64,000 bases of DNA from Akkermansiaceae bacterium (GTDB taxonomy: Bacteria > Verrucomicrobiota > Verrucomicrobiia > Verrucomicrobiales > Akkermansiaceae): contig JAIPKB010000004.1 in NCBI GenBank assembly GCA_021733795.1, positions 1,516-65,515 of the forward strand. The letters run 5' to 3'. The notes beneath the pieces are model-generated. The model did not search any database and was not told where the DNA came from. It worked only from the letters and a program-made list of their open reading frames with translations. Positions 20,601-29,935 of the stretch are shown here, in pieces. Position 1 is the stretch's first letter, and every line of letters starts with the position of its first letter. A program made the position numbers and the translations under genes.

Positions 20601-21902
20601 GACGAAGCGCGGTTCCTGCGGGCGTTCACCCGCCTGATGTTGATCGAATCCGCCCCGGCCACCGACACGCTGCTCGCCGATCTGGATGTCACCCGCAGCG
20701 GCACCCTCCGGACCGGAGGTGAGGCGACTGTTCCGACCGATGACGATGGCAACTGGATTCCGGCGGTCGGATCCCACTCGGGCATGCTGTTCGACTGGGT
20801 CGATTCGGAATTCCTGGCCCGCCTCACGGCCCTTCGAGCCGAATTTGATCTGATCCAAGACGATGATTTCCGCACCGACCTGACCCAACGGGAGACCGGA
20901 GAACCCGAGGCCTACGTCGACAAGGGGGACGTGCTCGTCTTCAAAGCCGTGACCCATGGTGTGGAGATGTTCTTCCACCTGCTCTTCACCTACGACCTCG
21001 ATGTCCCGTTCGAGAGTATCTACAATCTCAAGGTGCTGGGCAGCCTGAGCGCCCAGGAAACGCTGGCCACCTTCACCTCGCTGCTCAAGTTCGCCACCTC
21101 CGACCGGCGTCCCCAGTTTGCCGCGGCGATGCGTGCGATGGAACAGGACTACCTGGCCGCCACCGAGTTCATCCGCAACCGGCGGGCCGATCCCACCGAC
21201 TTGGTCACGGGCGACTTCGATCCCGACTCCCCGGAGCAGGTCGAACTGCGCGACAACCTGGCCGCCGCCGTGATGTCGCTCGATGGTGAGGTGACCTTCA
21301 ATGGCACCCGGGTGAATCTGTCGCGCCTGATGGCCACCAGCGTGTCGGCGCGCGACTGGCTGCCCGATCTGCGTGGCGATGATGTGGTGCCCGGCACGCT
21401 GCCCGACCCGACTTTAGACGGGATCCTGCCCGGCATGAGAGGCGGCGAATTCGACAGCGGGATCTATCAAATGGGCCGGATGTGGGGGATGGCGCAATAT
21501 GCCGAGGAACTCGGGGAGTGGCTCCAGTGGGTGACCCACCAAGGTGACCCCGGCGAAGACCCGGATAACGACGGGCGCGACAACTTTGCCGAGTGGCTGG
21601 CCTACACAAACGCGTTGACTTCTGACACGGTCTGGCAGGAACTCACCCATGACGTGATCGCGCCCGGACAAAAGGAAGTGCGACTCACCTTCGTCCGCCG
21701 CAAGGATCTGCGCGATTGGAAGCTGCGGGTGGCGGTCTCCGATGACATGGCGACCTGGGACCGGACCGAAAGCCAGATCGAAATGGTCGGCACCCCGGTC
21801 GATAATGGCGACGGCTTCACTGAGACGGTCACCTACCGGCTCAAAGACGCCTCCGCCCTGTCCTCCCGGAAATTCCTGAAGGTGGAGGCTGTCCCGAAAT
21901 GA
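17601..21902 (+). CDS. Large surface protein: 7 FG-GAP repeats, Ig-like (ASH-type) domain, helical region, C-terminal anchor-like domain
   Basis: Signal peptide; seven 66-aa repeats QQAYLKASN.G..D.FG.SV..SGDTVVVGA; IASNDADENPF; C-terminal DPDNDG motif. Confidence 0.85.
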   Translation: MKPSLASSVISMLAAASLSGAEPPKGLSDSDWSGIRAAYEAGRHVVVAQADGTFTARNPGQQWKTTFDGRGFTVKPDLGGWEWGLELAGFGEGAEVRHEGGRLSYLRGGGLTEWFVNDTRGLEQGWTLEKRPNRMNPGEPLRLHLRVRGDLDPQVAEGGASIGFITESGAAALTYGGLKAWDADGKTIEVRFVDGEPDSSGFKVEVDDGDASYPITIDPLAQQAYLKASNTGAGDNFGQSVAVSGDTVVVGAYSEDSNATGIDGDQSDNSAGASGAAYVFVRSGSSWSQQAYLKASNTGVLDYFGISVSISGETVVVGAFGEASAATGSDGDQNDNSASFAGAAYVFERSGSSWTQQAYLKASNTGADDRFGFSVAVSGDTVVVGAQREESAATGIDGDQGDNSASTAGAAYVFVRSGSSWSQQAYLKASNAEAGDQFGFPVAISGDTVVVGAYWEDSAATGIDGDQGDNSAHTSGAAYVFARSGSSWSQQAYLKASNAGVADYFGRSVSVSGDTVVVGAYGEDSATTGIDGDQSDNSASSSGAAYVFSRGGGLWTQQAYLKASNTGTGDCFGGSVAVSGDTVVVGAQYEDSNATGVDGNQNDNSASHAGAAYVFERSGSNWSQQAYLKASNTGADDRFGYSVSLSGDTVVVGAYGEDSSVTGIDGDQGDNSAGDSGAAYVFDLGAPAQPELTVESPPGTELQNGGTGLDFGGVPAGGSSAPVSVAIHNTGTAELTGISLSVTGPDATDFSLEAAGLPAVLPVGGSASFTVIYTPATMGTSRATLRIASNDADENPFDLGLTGFRPPPNDHFGSRTNLGTTAGVVTGGTLISTTSESSSGEPDLSEFAGMGWIDDLTVWYEWTAPAGVEWARIHLAGPNVPTVLSVYTGSDLATLSGVALNRREIVSLPNRLTFPVTPGTTYQIRAAVEGFDFLPYLYGFPPPSEPAELDFTLGLSTIGTPVTAADYLMRGRGGLQLGTGAAMAQAEADFSSVLALDPDHDEARFLRAFTRLMLIESAPATDTLLADLDVTRSGTLRTGGEATVPTDDDGNWIPAVGSHSGMLFDWVDSEFLARLTALRAEFDLIQDDDFRTDLTQRETGEPEAYVDKGDVLVFKAVTHGVEMFFHLLFTYDLDVPFESIYNLKVLGSLSAQETLATFTSLLKFATSDRRPQFAAAMRAMEQDYLAATEFIRNRRADPTDLVTGDFDPDSPEQVELRDNLAAAVMSLDGEVTFNGTRVNLSRLMATSVSARDWLPDLRGDDVVPGTLPDPTLDGILPGMRGGEFDSGIYQMGRMWGMAQYAEELGEWLQWVTHQGDPGEDPDNDGRDNFAEWLAYTNALTSDTVWQELTHDVIAPGQKEVRLTFVRRKDLRDWKLRVAVSDDMATWDRTESQIEMVGTPVDNGDGFTETVTYRLKDASALSSRKFLKVEAVPK
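18265..19650 (+). repeat. Intragenic 198-bp tandem repeat x7 (FG-GAP beta-propeller blades)
   Basis: CAGCAGGCCTATCT(C/A)AAGGC-like anchor recurs every 198 bp. Confidence 0.9.
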
Positions 21903-22360
21903 TCCGGTTCCTGATCGTCATGGCGCTGTTGCCGGCCAGCCTTGCGCCGTGTGGCGCGGCGCAGGACCCGAACGCCCTGCGGGTGTCAAACGACGGATTG
22001 GTTCGCTTGGACGCGACTCTGGGCAGGGCCACCTGGTCCGGCACGATGAGCATCGGCCACCCGCGTTTTCATCTGGAAGCCCGGGGCACGGCGACGATGT
22101 TTGGCGGCCCGTCAATCCGGCTTAAATCCGCCAGGAATGTGCCGTTGAAAGCCGCCAAATTTGAGACAGAGACCCAGTGGATCAGTCTGGTGGTGCTGGG
22201 CTCCATCACCGTCACGGTGCAGGACCTGAACGGGAACCCAATGATCGTGAAGGCGCAGCGGGTGGTCTATGTGCCCGCCAAGGACCAGCTCTTGATCGAC
22301 GGCAAACTGTGGCGCTTCACGGCAGCCGACGCTCTGCCTGCTGGCAAAGACGGCCCCTGA
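21899..22360 (+). CDS. Secreted hypothetical protein
   Basis: 4-bp overlap with the upstream gene, signal peptide, beta-rich sequence. Confidence 0.6.
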   Translation: MIRFLIVMALLPASLAPCGAAQDPNALRVSNDGLVRLDATLGRATWSGTMSIGHPRFHLEARGTATMFGGPSIRLKSARNVPLKAAKFETETQWISLVVLGSITVTVQDLNGNPMIVKAQRVVYVPAKDQLLIDGKLWRFTAADALPAGKDGP

Positions 22361-22400
22361 GCCAGTGGTCCAGATAGAGCTGCGGCTAGCTCGGATCACC

Positions 22401-22997
22401 TCAACTGCCGTGGCTGATGCGCTCGCGGATGGCTTCGAGCAACTCGAAGGCGGCGTCCTCGACCGAACAGTTCTCGCTATTGAGGATGAGTGCCGGAGTC
22501 TGCGGGGGTTCGAACGATCCGTCCTTGCCGGTGAAATGCTCGATTTCACCCCGTGCGGCCTTGGCGTAGAGGCCTTTGACATCGCGCTTCTCACAAGTGG
22601 CGTAGGATGCCTTCACATACACCTCGAACAGGTCGTTGCCCAGCAGTCCGCGCGCGAGATCCCGCAACTCTCCACGGGGCGTGATCGCACTCACAATGGT
22701 GATGATGCCTTGGGAAACCAACATCTTGGCCACCTCGGCCAGCCGCCGAATGTTCTCAAGCCGGTCCTGATCGCTGAAGCCAAGGTTCGAGTTGAGGCCG
22801 CTGCGGATGTTGTCGCCATCGAGCACCACGACGAACCGCCCCTGTTTGTGCAGCACCCGCTCGACGGCTGTGGCAATGGTGGATTTTCCAGAGCCTGAAA
22901 GCCCGCACATCCAGATGGCCAGCCCGCGTTGGCGCAGCAGGGTCTCTTTTTCGTAACGGCTTACAAAGCGTTGTGTGTCTGGGTGGATATTATTCAT
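22401..22997 (-). CDS. cysC: Adenylyl-sulfate kinase
   Basis: WMCGLSGSGKST, LDGDNIR, RDVKGLY motifs. Confidence 0.95.
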   Translation of the reverse strand: MNNIHPDTQRFVSRYEKETLLRQRGLAIWMCGLSGSGKSTIATAVERVLHKQGRFVVVLDGDNIRSGLNSNLGFSDQDRLENIRRLAEVAKMLVSQGIITIVSAITPRGELRDLARGLLGNDLFEVYVKASYATCEKRDVKGLYAKAARGEIEHFTGKDGSFEPPQTPALILNSENCSVEDAAFELLEAIRERISHGS

Positions 22998-23066
22998 GGC
23001 GATGGGGGATCGGGCAAAGGTGGTGGGTAAGGATAATCGAGCACTGGCAGGGTGCAACCGGAGTCT

Positions 23067-23846
23067 TCAGGTTTCAGGGGGGGATGGCGGCCCGGAGATG
23101 CGGTCGCGAAGGGAGTAATAGAGGAACAAGGAGTTGTACGTCAAGTATCGACGAAACAAACGCCGCGGCTCCATGCACAGGCGGTAGAGCCACTCAAGAC
23201 CGCATCGTTGGACCAGTGCCGGAGCCTGGCGAACCTCCCCCGCATGAAAGGCGAAGGCCGCGCCGATGCCGAAATACACCCCGGGTGGCAGGCGGTCTTT
23301 GTTCGCGGCGATCCAATGTTCCTGTTTGGGACAGCCCAGGCCCACCCAGATCAGATTGGCACCGGACTCCCGGATCATCGCGCAAATCCGCTCGAATTCT
23401 CCCGCCGGCCACTCACCGAACGGCGGAGAATGGCACCCGGCGATGACCGTACCGGGAAACCGCCCGCCGAACACCTTTTTCAATTTATCCAGCGTGGTTT
23501 CCTGGCCGCCCAACAGGAAATGCCGGAACTCCCCCGCCCCATCCGTCGCCTTCAGCGCCTCCAACATCAGGGTGGGCCCGTAAACCCTCGCCGTCAGCCG
23601 CTCGGCGGACGGCAGCCGCCGATTCACCCCCCATACCAGCGGCATGCCGTCGGGAGTGATCAGGTCAAAGCGCGCCATCGACGCGCCGAAAGCCGGATCC
23701 CACCGTGCCAGCGCGGCAACATGGGCATTGGCAGCCTCCACCGCATAGGGACGGTCGCAGTTCCTCGCCCGGTCGAGAATCCAATCCACCGCCCCCGCAT
23801 AGTCGGTCGCGGCGATCGGCATGCCAATAACGGGAATGAATTTCAT
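23067..23846 (-). CDS. WecB/TagA/CpsF glycosyltransferase
   Basis: PDGMPL, VGLGCPKQE, GAAFAF, GLEWLYRL..EPRRL motifs. Confidence 0.92.
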   Translation of the reverse strand: MKFIPVIGMPIAATDYAGAVDWILDRARNCDRPYAVEAANAHVAALARWDPAFGASMARFDLITPDGMPLVWGVNRRLPSAERLTARVYGPTLMLEALKATDGAGEFRHFLLGGQETTLDKLKKVFGGRFPGTVIAGCHSPPFGEWPAGEFERICAMIRESGANLIWVGLGCPKQEHWIAANKDRLPPGVYFGIGAAFAFHAGEVRQAPALVQRCGLEWLYRLCMEPRRLFRRYLTYNSLFLYYSLRDRISGPPSPPET

Positions 23847-23884
23847 GGGTCCTGGAAAAACCGGTCGCTCGTCGGCCTAGGGAA

Positions 23885-24967
23885 TCACACCCGGCAGAAC
23901 GGCTCCACCGCGCGGAGGTTTTCGTGCGCGGCGATCGCCGCTGCCCGTGCCGCCGAATCCTTGAACAAATACAACCCGTAGCCGCCATAGCCGCCGCCGC
24001 AGTACTTGCGGGTGATCTCCCCGGCAATCTCCGGCAATGGCTCCATCCCCTCAGCGAGCTGCGTCTGATGATAGAGCGCAACCCCCTCGGCCAAGCGCGA
24101 CATATCCGTGTGGAGCGCACCCTCCCGGGCAACCCTTGCGGACTCCGCGATCCGGCCGTAGTCGCGCGGCAGATTGGCCACCCCCGGCGTATCATGGGAT
24201 TTCCCCGTCCAAAGCACGGCCATACAGCCGGTTAGAAAATCCCCGTTTTGTTTGAAATCGAGCACCGGTTTGGGTCCGGACCGCCAGACGCAGAGGCCGG
24301 TTTCGCGGATCACCGCCGGGTCCTGCCAGCCCACTCCGAGGTCGATTTCGGAGTCCACGCCATCGCGACCGTTGAGCAAGGCCCAGGCACCGCTGCCGCC
24401 GAGTCCCGCCTGTTTTTCGTAGGGCCATTCGCGCAGCGAAACCAAGGGTGAGATCGCACAATTGACGATGTACTCCCCCGCCCTGGCAAACCGCGGCACA
24501 TCCAGCCAGCCGCCGGCGAAGTCCACCCGCAGCGGAGCTTCGGTGGGGGCCTGCACCCAGCGCACGATCGAGCTGGTGGAGACCGGCTCAAACCGCGGCG
24601 GGGTTTTCGGCAGCACGGTGTATTGCGCACCCACCTGCCCGCAGAGTTCGCGCTTGAGCGCACCGTATTTGTCGTCCTCGGTGACGATCAGAAAATCCGG
24701 GCTGGCGCACAGGAATTCATCCTTGAAATCCAACCCCTCCTCCTCACCGTGGGTAATGATCACCTCATCGACCATCCGCAGCCCCTGCAGCAATGCGAAC
24801 TTGTGCTCGTCCGGAATCGACGGCTTGCGGCGCTTGTGGTGCCACAAAACCTCCGCCGAGGCGAACGAAACGATCAGGTAATCCCCCAGCGACCGGGCCT
24901 CCTCAAAAAACTGAAGATGCCCCGCGTGGAGAATATCATAACAACCGGAAACAAATACTTTTTTCAT
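23885..24967 (-). CDS. HxGH-family nucleotidyltransferase fused to a GHMP sugar-kinase-like domain
   Basis: N-terminal VSGCYDILHAGH...VSTSSI; C-terminal APLRVDFAGGWLD, GLGGSG, GWQD, CGGGYGG. Start moved to ATG 24967, 4 bp after gmd. Confidence 0.8.
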   Translation of the reverse strand: MKKVFVSGCYDILHAGHLQFFEEARSLGDYLIVSFASAEVLWHHKRRKPSIPDEHKFALLQGLRMVDEVIITHGEEEGLDFKDEFLCASPDFLIVTEDDKYGALKRELCGQVGAQYTVLPKTPPRFEPVSTSSIVRWVQAPTEAPLRVDFAGGWLDVPRFARAGEYIVNCAISPLVSLREWPYEKQAGLGGSGAWALLNGRDGVDSEIDLGVGWQDPAVIRETGLCVWRSGPKPVLDFKQNGDFLTGCMAVLWTGKSHDTPGVANLPRDYGRIAESARVAREGALHTDMSRLAEGVALYHQTQLAEGMEPLPEIAGEITRKYCGGGYGGYGLYLFKDSAARAAAIAAHENLRAVEPFCRV

Positions 24968-24971
24968 AATA

Positions 24972-26090
24972 TCATTCTTTGGAAACCGCCACATGGTGGC
25001 CATGGGATTTGAGCAGCGAGTGTTGTCGGGCGGTGTCGAGATCGGCAGCCACCATTTCAGCGCACATCTCCTCGACCGTGATTTCCGGCACCCATCCGAG
25101 TTTGTTCTTGGCCTTGGCGGGATCACCCAACAGGGTTTCGACCTCGGCGGGCCGGAAATAGCGGGGATCCACCCGGACAATCACGTCACCCACCTTGAGC
25201 GCCGGTGCCTTGAGCGGGTCCAGCACAGCGGCAACCACGGCCGTCTCCTCGACTCCGGTGCCGGCGAAGGCGAGTTCCACACCCGCCTCGCGGGCGGTCA
25301 TCGCGACGAATTCCCGCACCGAGATCTGCCGGCCGGTGGCGATCACGAAATCCTCCGGCTCTTCCTGCTGGAGCATCATCCACTGCATCCGCACGTAGTC
25401 GCGGGCGTGGCCCCAGTCGCGGAGCGAGTCCAGATTGCCGAGAAACAGGCAGGACTCAAGGCCCTGGGCGATGTTGGAGAGCCCGCGGGTGATCTTGCGG
25501 GTGACGAAGGTCTCGCCGCGGCGCGGGGATTCGTGATTGAAAAGAATGCCGTTGCAGGCATACATCCCATAAGACTCACGGTAGTTCACGGTGATCCAAT
25601 AGGCGTAGAGTTTCGCCACCGCGTAGGGCGACCGCGGGTAAAACGGGGTGGTCTCCCGCTGCGGAGTCTCCTGCACCAGACCATACAACTCGGAGGTCGA
25701 TGCTTGGTAAAACCGGGCGGATTTTTCCATCCCGAGGAACCGGATCGCCTCCAACAGCCGCAGGGTGCCGATCGCATCCACATCCGCCGTGTATTCCGGG
25801 GACTCGAACGACACCGCCACGTGGGACTGGGCACCCAGATTGTACACCTCGTCCGGCCGCACCTCACTGAGGATGCGGGTGAGATTCGAGCTGTCGGTCA
25901 GGTCGCCATAGTGCAGACGGAAGCGGGAATTCCCCACATGGGGGTCCTCGTAGATGTGGTCCAGACGCTGGGTATTGAACGACGAGGCACGGCGTTTGAT
26001 GCCATGCACCTCGTAACCTTTCTCGAGAAGAAATTCGGTGAGATAGGAACCGTCTTGTCCGGTGACACCGGTGATGAGGGCGCGTTTCAT
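24972..26090 (-). CDS. gmd: GDP-mannose 4,6-dehydratase
   Basis: [40 protein letters not shown] motifs. Confidence 0.97.
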   Translation of the reverse strand: MKRALITGVTGQDGSYLTEFLLEKGYEVHGIKRRASSFNTQRLDHIYEDPHVGNSRFRLHYGDLTDSSNLTRILSEVRPDEVYNLGAQSHVAVSFESPEYTADVDAIGTLRLLEAIRFLGMEKSARFYQASTSELYGLVQETPQRETTPFYPRSPYAVAKLYAYWITVNYRESYGMYACNGILFNHESPRRGETFVTRKITRGLSNIAQGLESCLFLGNLDSLRDWGHARDYVRMQWMMLQQEEPEDFVIATGRQISVREFVAMTAREAGVELAFAGTGVEETAVVAAVLDPLKAPALKVGDVIVRVDPRYFRPAEVETLLGDPAKAKNKLGWVPEITVEEMCAEMVAADLDTARQHSLLKSHGHHVAVSKE

Positions 26091-26106
26091 GGTGGAGAAC
26101 TAGTGC

Positions 26107-27045
26107 TCATAGCCGCGCGTTGCCGACGGCGAGTTGGGTGAGAAAATCCTGATAGGCGGCGGCGAGGCCGGATTCCAGGGCGATTTCCGGCTGCCAGCCG
26201 GTGGCTCGCAGTTGGGCGACGTCGAGCAACTTGCGCGGGGTGCCGTCGGGTTTGCTTGGATCGGTTAGAATGTCCCCGCTGAAGCCGACCGTTGCGGCCA
26301 CCAGGCTGGCCAGTTCGAGGATGGTCAGATCCTCGCCAGTGCCGACGTTGAGCCAGTCCGGCGGATCGGCGAGTCCGAGCACATGAAAACAAGCCGCCGC
26401 CAGGTCATCCACGTGGAGGAACTCGCGCCGCGGGGTGCCGGTACCCCAGATGGTGACTGCGGCGTCACCACGCGCTTTGGCTTCATGAAAACGCCGGATC
26501 AACGCCGGAATCACATGGGAATTCTCCGGGTGGTAGTTGTCGCCCGGACCGTAGAGATTGGTGGGCATCAGGCTGTGATAGACGAGTCCGTGCTGGGCGC
26601 GGTAGTGCTGGCAGAGTTTCAGGCCGGCGATCTTGGCGATCGCGTAGGCCTCGTTGGTGGGTTCGAGCGGACCGGACAACAGACACGCTTCGGGCATCGG
26701 TTGGGGTGCCTGTTTGGGGTAAATGCAGGACGACCCGAGAAACAGCACCCGGGGAATCCCGGCGCGGCGGCTGCCCTCCACCAGATTGGCAGCGATGGTC
26801 AGGTTTTCATAAATGAAATCAGCCGGATAAGTCGCATTGGCGTGAATCCCCCCCACTTTGGCCGCCGCAATAATCACCACCCCGGGGCGCTGCGCGGCCA
26901 GGTGGTCGAACACCGCCGCCTGATCGAGCAAATCCAGTTCCTGACGGGAGGCGGTCATCACCTCGCAACCGCCACGGCGGGCCGCCGCTCTGACGAGGGC
27001 GGAACCGACCATTCCACGGTGTCCGGTGACAAGAATGCTTTCCAT
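26107..27045 (-). CDS. fcl: GDP-L-fucose synthase
   Basis: [38 protein letters not shown] motifs. Confidence 0.95.
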   Translation of the reverse strand: MESILVTGHRGMVGSALVRAAARRGGCEVMTASRQELDLLDQAAVFDHLAAQRPGVVIIAAAKVGGIHANATYPADFIYENLTIAANLVEGSRRAGIPRVLFLGSSCIYPKQAPQPMPEACLLSGPLEPTNEAYAIAKIAGLKLCQHYRAQHGLVYHSLMPTNLYGPGDNYHPENSHVIPALIRRFHEAKARGDAAVTIWGTGTPRREFLHVDDLAAACFHVLGLADPPDWLNVGTGEDLTILELASLVAATVGFSGDILTDPSKPDGTPRKLLDVAQLRATGWQPEIALESGLAAAYQDFLTQLAVGNARL

Positions 27046-27268
27046 GCGGGCGGCAGCTTCCATTGCCCGGCACCCCGCGTCAAGCCCGCAGCCCGCCCGC
27101 AGCCCGCTACGGATGGCCTCCACCAGCTCTCGGGCAAATGCAATCCGCAAATCAACGCCCGGTCATTGACCATCCCCGGCGGAACCCTGCGGAAACGGGA
27201 TTGTCTGCGGCAATGGATGGGGAAAATGCGCAAGGTTGAAATCGGCCCAGACCGCCGGAGGCTCTATA

Positions 27269-27366
27269 TCCAAAATCCAAAATTCAAAATCCAAAATTCA
27301 AAATCCAATACCCAATATCCAAAATTCAAAATCCAAAATTCAAAATCCAAAATTCAAAATTCAATA
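27269..27366. repeat. AT-rich heptamer tandem repeat T(C/T)CAAAA x14
   Basis: 14 consecutive 7-bp units read directly; the last units supply the final codons and stop of glf. Confidence 0.95.
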
Positions 27367-28535
27367 TCCCCCTCCCCATAGCGCCGCAGGAGCTGATCCG
27401 CCTCCGCCAGCGCCATCCCGACCACCTGGTCCATGTTATAATAGCGGTAGGTCGCCAGCCGTCCGATGAAGCTCACGCCTTCCTCCGCCTCCGCCAACCG
27501 GGCGTATTGTTGATAGGCCGCGCGCGCGTCCGGCGCGGGCACCGGATAGAACGGCTCGTCGCCCGGTCGCCAGTCGGCGGGGAACTCACGCATGATCGTG
27601 GTCGCCGCCACCTGCTGGCCGGTGGCATGTTTGATCTCCACGATCCGCGTCTGCGGCACCCCGGCCTCCGGATAGTTCACCTGCATCGCCGGCTGCCAGA
27701 ACCCGGGCTTGCCGGAAACCGCCACCCGCGCGGCGAGCGCCTCCCCCGCAAACGACTCGGCCTCAAACCGCAGCGAGCGATAGGGCAGATGCCCCAACCG
27801 GTAATCAAAATACTCGTCCACCGCCCCGGAAAACACCAGGTGCCGGTGCCGCCACCGCCGCTTCGCCTCGGTGAAGTCCACCCCCAAATGCAGTTCCACG
27901 CCCGGTGCCGCCTCGATCATCCGCCCGAACATCGCCGTGTATCCATCCTGCGGCAGCGCTTGGAATGATTCCATCAGGTAGCGGTCATCCCGATTGGTGC
28001 GGATCGGAATGCGCCCGCACACCGAGGCATCCAGCTCCCGGGGATGCCGCTGCCACTGCTTGAGCGTGTAGCCCTCGAAGAATAATTGGTAAAACTCCCT
28101 GCCCACTTGGGACACGATCACCTCCTCCGAGTTTCCCGGCCGGGCGATGGGCTCCCGCACCCGCGCCAGCCAGGCCTCGAACTCCGCCGTATCCGCTCCC
28201 CGGCCGAGGTATTCCTCAAACGTGTTCAAATTGATCGGAAAACTCCAATACCGGCCGCGGGCATGACTCTTGATCGTGTAGGCCACCTCATGCCACTTGG
28301 TGAAACGCGACAGATACTCCACAATCCGCGGCGAGTTGCTCCGGAAATAATGCGGCCCGTAGCGGTGGACCAAAACCCCCGCCCGGTCGACCTCGTCGTA
28401 GGCATTGCCACCCAGGTGCGACCGCCGGTCCACCACCACGCAACGCCACCCGGCCGACGCCAGCCGCTCCGCCATCACCAACCCGGAAAATCCCGCGCCG
28501 ATGATCAAAAAATCCGTAACCGAGTCCGTTTGCAT
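27354..28535 (-). CDS. glf: UDP-galactopyranose mutase
   Basis: GAGFSG, GGNAYD, YGPHYF, LPYRSL, GRLATYRYYNMDQ motifs. Confidence 0.95.
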   Translation of the reverse strand: MQTDSVTDFLIIGAGFSGLVMAERLASAGWRCVVVDRRSHLGGNAYDEVDRAGVLVHRYGPHYFRSNSPRIVEYLSRFTKWHEVAYTIKSHARGRYWSFPINLNTFEEYLGRGADTAEFEAWLARVREPIARPGNSEEVIVSQVGREFYQLFFEGYTLKQWQRHPRELDASVCGRIPIRTNRDDRYLMESFQALPQDGYTAMFGRMIEAAPGVELHLGVDFTEAKRRWRHRHLVFSGAVDEYFDYRLGHLPYRSLRFEAESFAGEALAARVAVSGKPGFWQPAMQVNYPEAGVPQTRIVEIKHATGQQVAATTIMREFPADWRPGDEPFYPVPAPDARAAYQQYARLAEAEEGVSFIGRLATYRYYNMDQVVGMALAEADQLLRRYGEGDIEF

Positions 28536-28738
28536 GAGGTGTTCAGGGCTGGCAAAAGGCAGGCCGCAAGCCCGATTCAGCCGGAAAAGCGACCTCCCTT
28601 GGTCGCCCCCCTCGAACTTGAAGGAAATCCTGCCGGGCTGGGTCGCAAACTGTCCGGGTCACCGCCATTTTCCGCGCGACTCCCCGCCCAGGTTGCCAGT
28701 CCGGCCACCCGAACTCAACCAAAACCACCCCCTTGCCG

Positions 28739-29782
28739 CTACCGCTTGGCCTTGTCAAAGGCGGCATCGAAGGCAATCTGGCTGGACGGAAAATCCACGT
28801 TGCGGACAAAACTGGCCGCCTCCGCCGCGCCGTGCACCCGGTCCATCCGGATGTCCTCCCATTCGACCGAAAGCGGTCCGCAGTAGCCCGTGTCGTTGAG
28901 CGCCACGATGATGTCTTCAAACTCGATGTCCCCGTGGCCCAGCGACCGGAAATCCCAGAACCGCCGCGCGTCACCGAAATTCGTGTGCCCGCCAAACACC
29001 CCCACCGAGCCGTCGCCATGGCTCCACCACACGTCCTTCATGTGGACATGGAAAATCCGGCAGGCGAAGTCCCGGATGAATTTCACGTAGTCCACCCCCT
29101 GATAGCCGAGGTGCGAGGGATCGTAGTTGAACCCGAACCGCCGGTGGCCACCCACTGCGTCCAGCGCCCGCTGCGCCGAGACAATGTCGAATGCGATTTC
29201 GGTCGGATGCACCTCCAGCGCAAAGTTCACGTCCACCTTGTCAAAGGCGTCGAGGATCGGCAGCCAGCGTTTCGCAAAATCCTGAAAACCCTTGTCGTAG
29301 TATTCCTGGGAGGTCGGCGGGAAGGCATAGATCGAATGCCAGATCGAGGACCCGGTGAAGCCGTTGACCACCGCCGGAAAATCATCGCGTTTCTTGCGGC
29401 CCGGCTTGGCGTTGAAAAATGCCCGGGCGGCCTTGCCGGTGGTGATCATCTTGCGGGCGGCACGCTTTCTAACACCCTCGGGCTCGCCATCGCCCCACAC
29501 GTCCGGCGGCAGGATCGCCTGGTGGCGTTCGTCGATCAAATCGCACACCGCCTGGCCCACCAGATGGCTCGAAATCGCGAAACAGGTGAGCCCGTGATCC
29601 CCCAACAGCTCCCATTTCTCCTTCACGTAGGTTTTTTTCGAAGCTGCGGCATCGACGTCGAAATGATCCCCCCAACAGGCGAGTTCGAGACCGTCGTAGC
29701 CCATTTCAGCGGCAAGCGGAGCGAGTTTTTCAAGGGGCAGATCGGCCCATTGACCGGTAAACAATGTGACTGGACGTGGCAT
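28739..29782 (-). CDS. Sugar phosphate isomerase/epimerase (xylose isomerase-like TIM barrel)
   Basis: [33 protein letters not shown] motifs. Confidence 0.9.
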   Translation of the reverse strand: MPRPVTLFTGQWADLPLEKLAPLAAEMGYDGLELACWGDHFDVDAAASKKTYVKEKWELLGDHGLTCFAISSHLVGQAVCDLIDERHQAILPPDVWGDGEPEGVRKRAARKMITTGKAARAFFNAKPGRKKRDDFPAVVNGFTGSSIWHSIYAFPPTSQEYYDKGFQDFAKRWLPILDAFDKVDVNFALEVHPTEIAFDIVSAQRALDAVGGHRRFGFNYDPSHLGYQGVDYVKFIRDFACRIFHVHMKDVWWSHGDGSVGVFGGHTNFGDARRFWDFRSLGHGDIEFEDIIVALNDTGYCGPLSVEWEDIRMDRVHGAAEAASFVRNVDFPSSQIAFDAAFDKAKR

Positions 29783-29935
29783 GGTATTGTAGTAGCAGGT
29801 TGGTGCTTGCCGGAGACGCTATCCGGTCCATGCCCCAAACGCAAGCAAAAAATGCCGCCACCTGCCCGCAGTTTGGAATGGACTCCCGCGCGGTTCCGCA
29901 TCATCTTCCTGCCTGCCGACGGAAAGGCGCTGAGC

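Noticed and set aside
28733-29935. 1291-aa ORF suggesting a long N-terminal extension of the GlnD-like protein
   Set aside because: The extension is the antisense shadow of the sugar isomerase gene; the real start is ~29936-29948.
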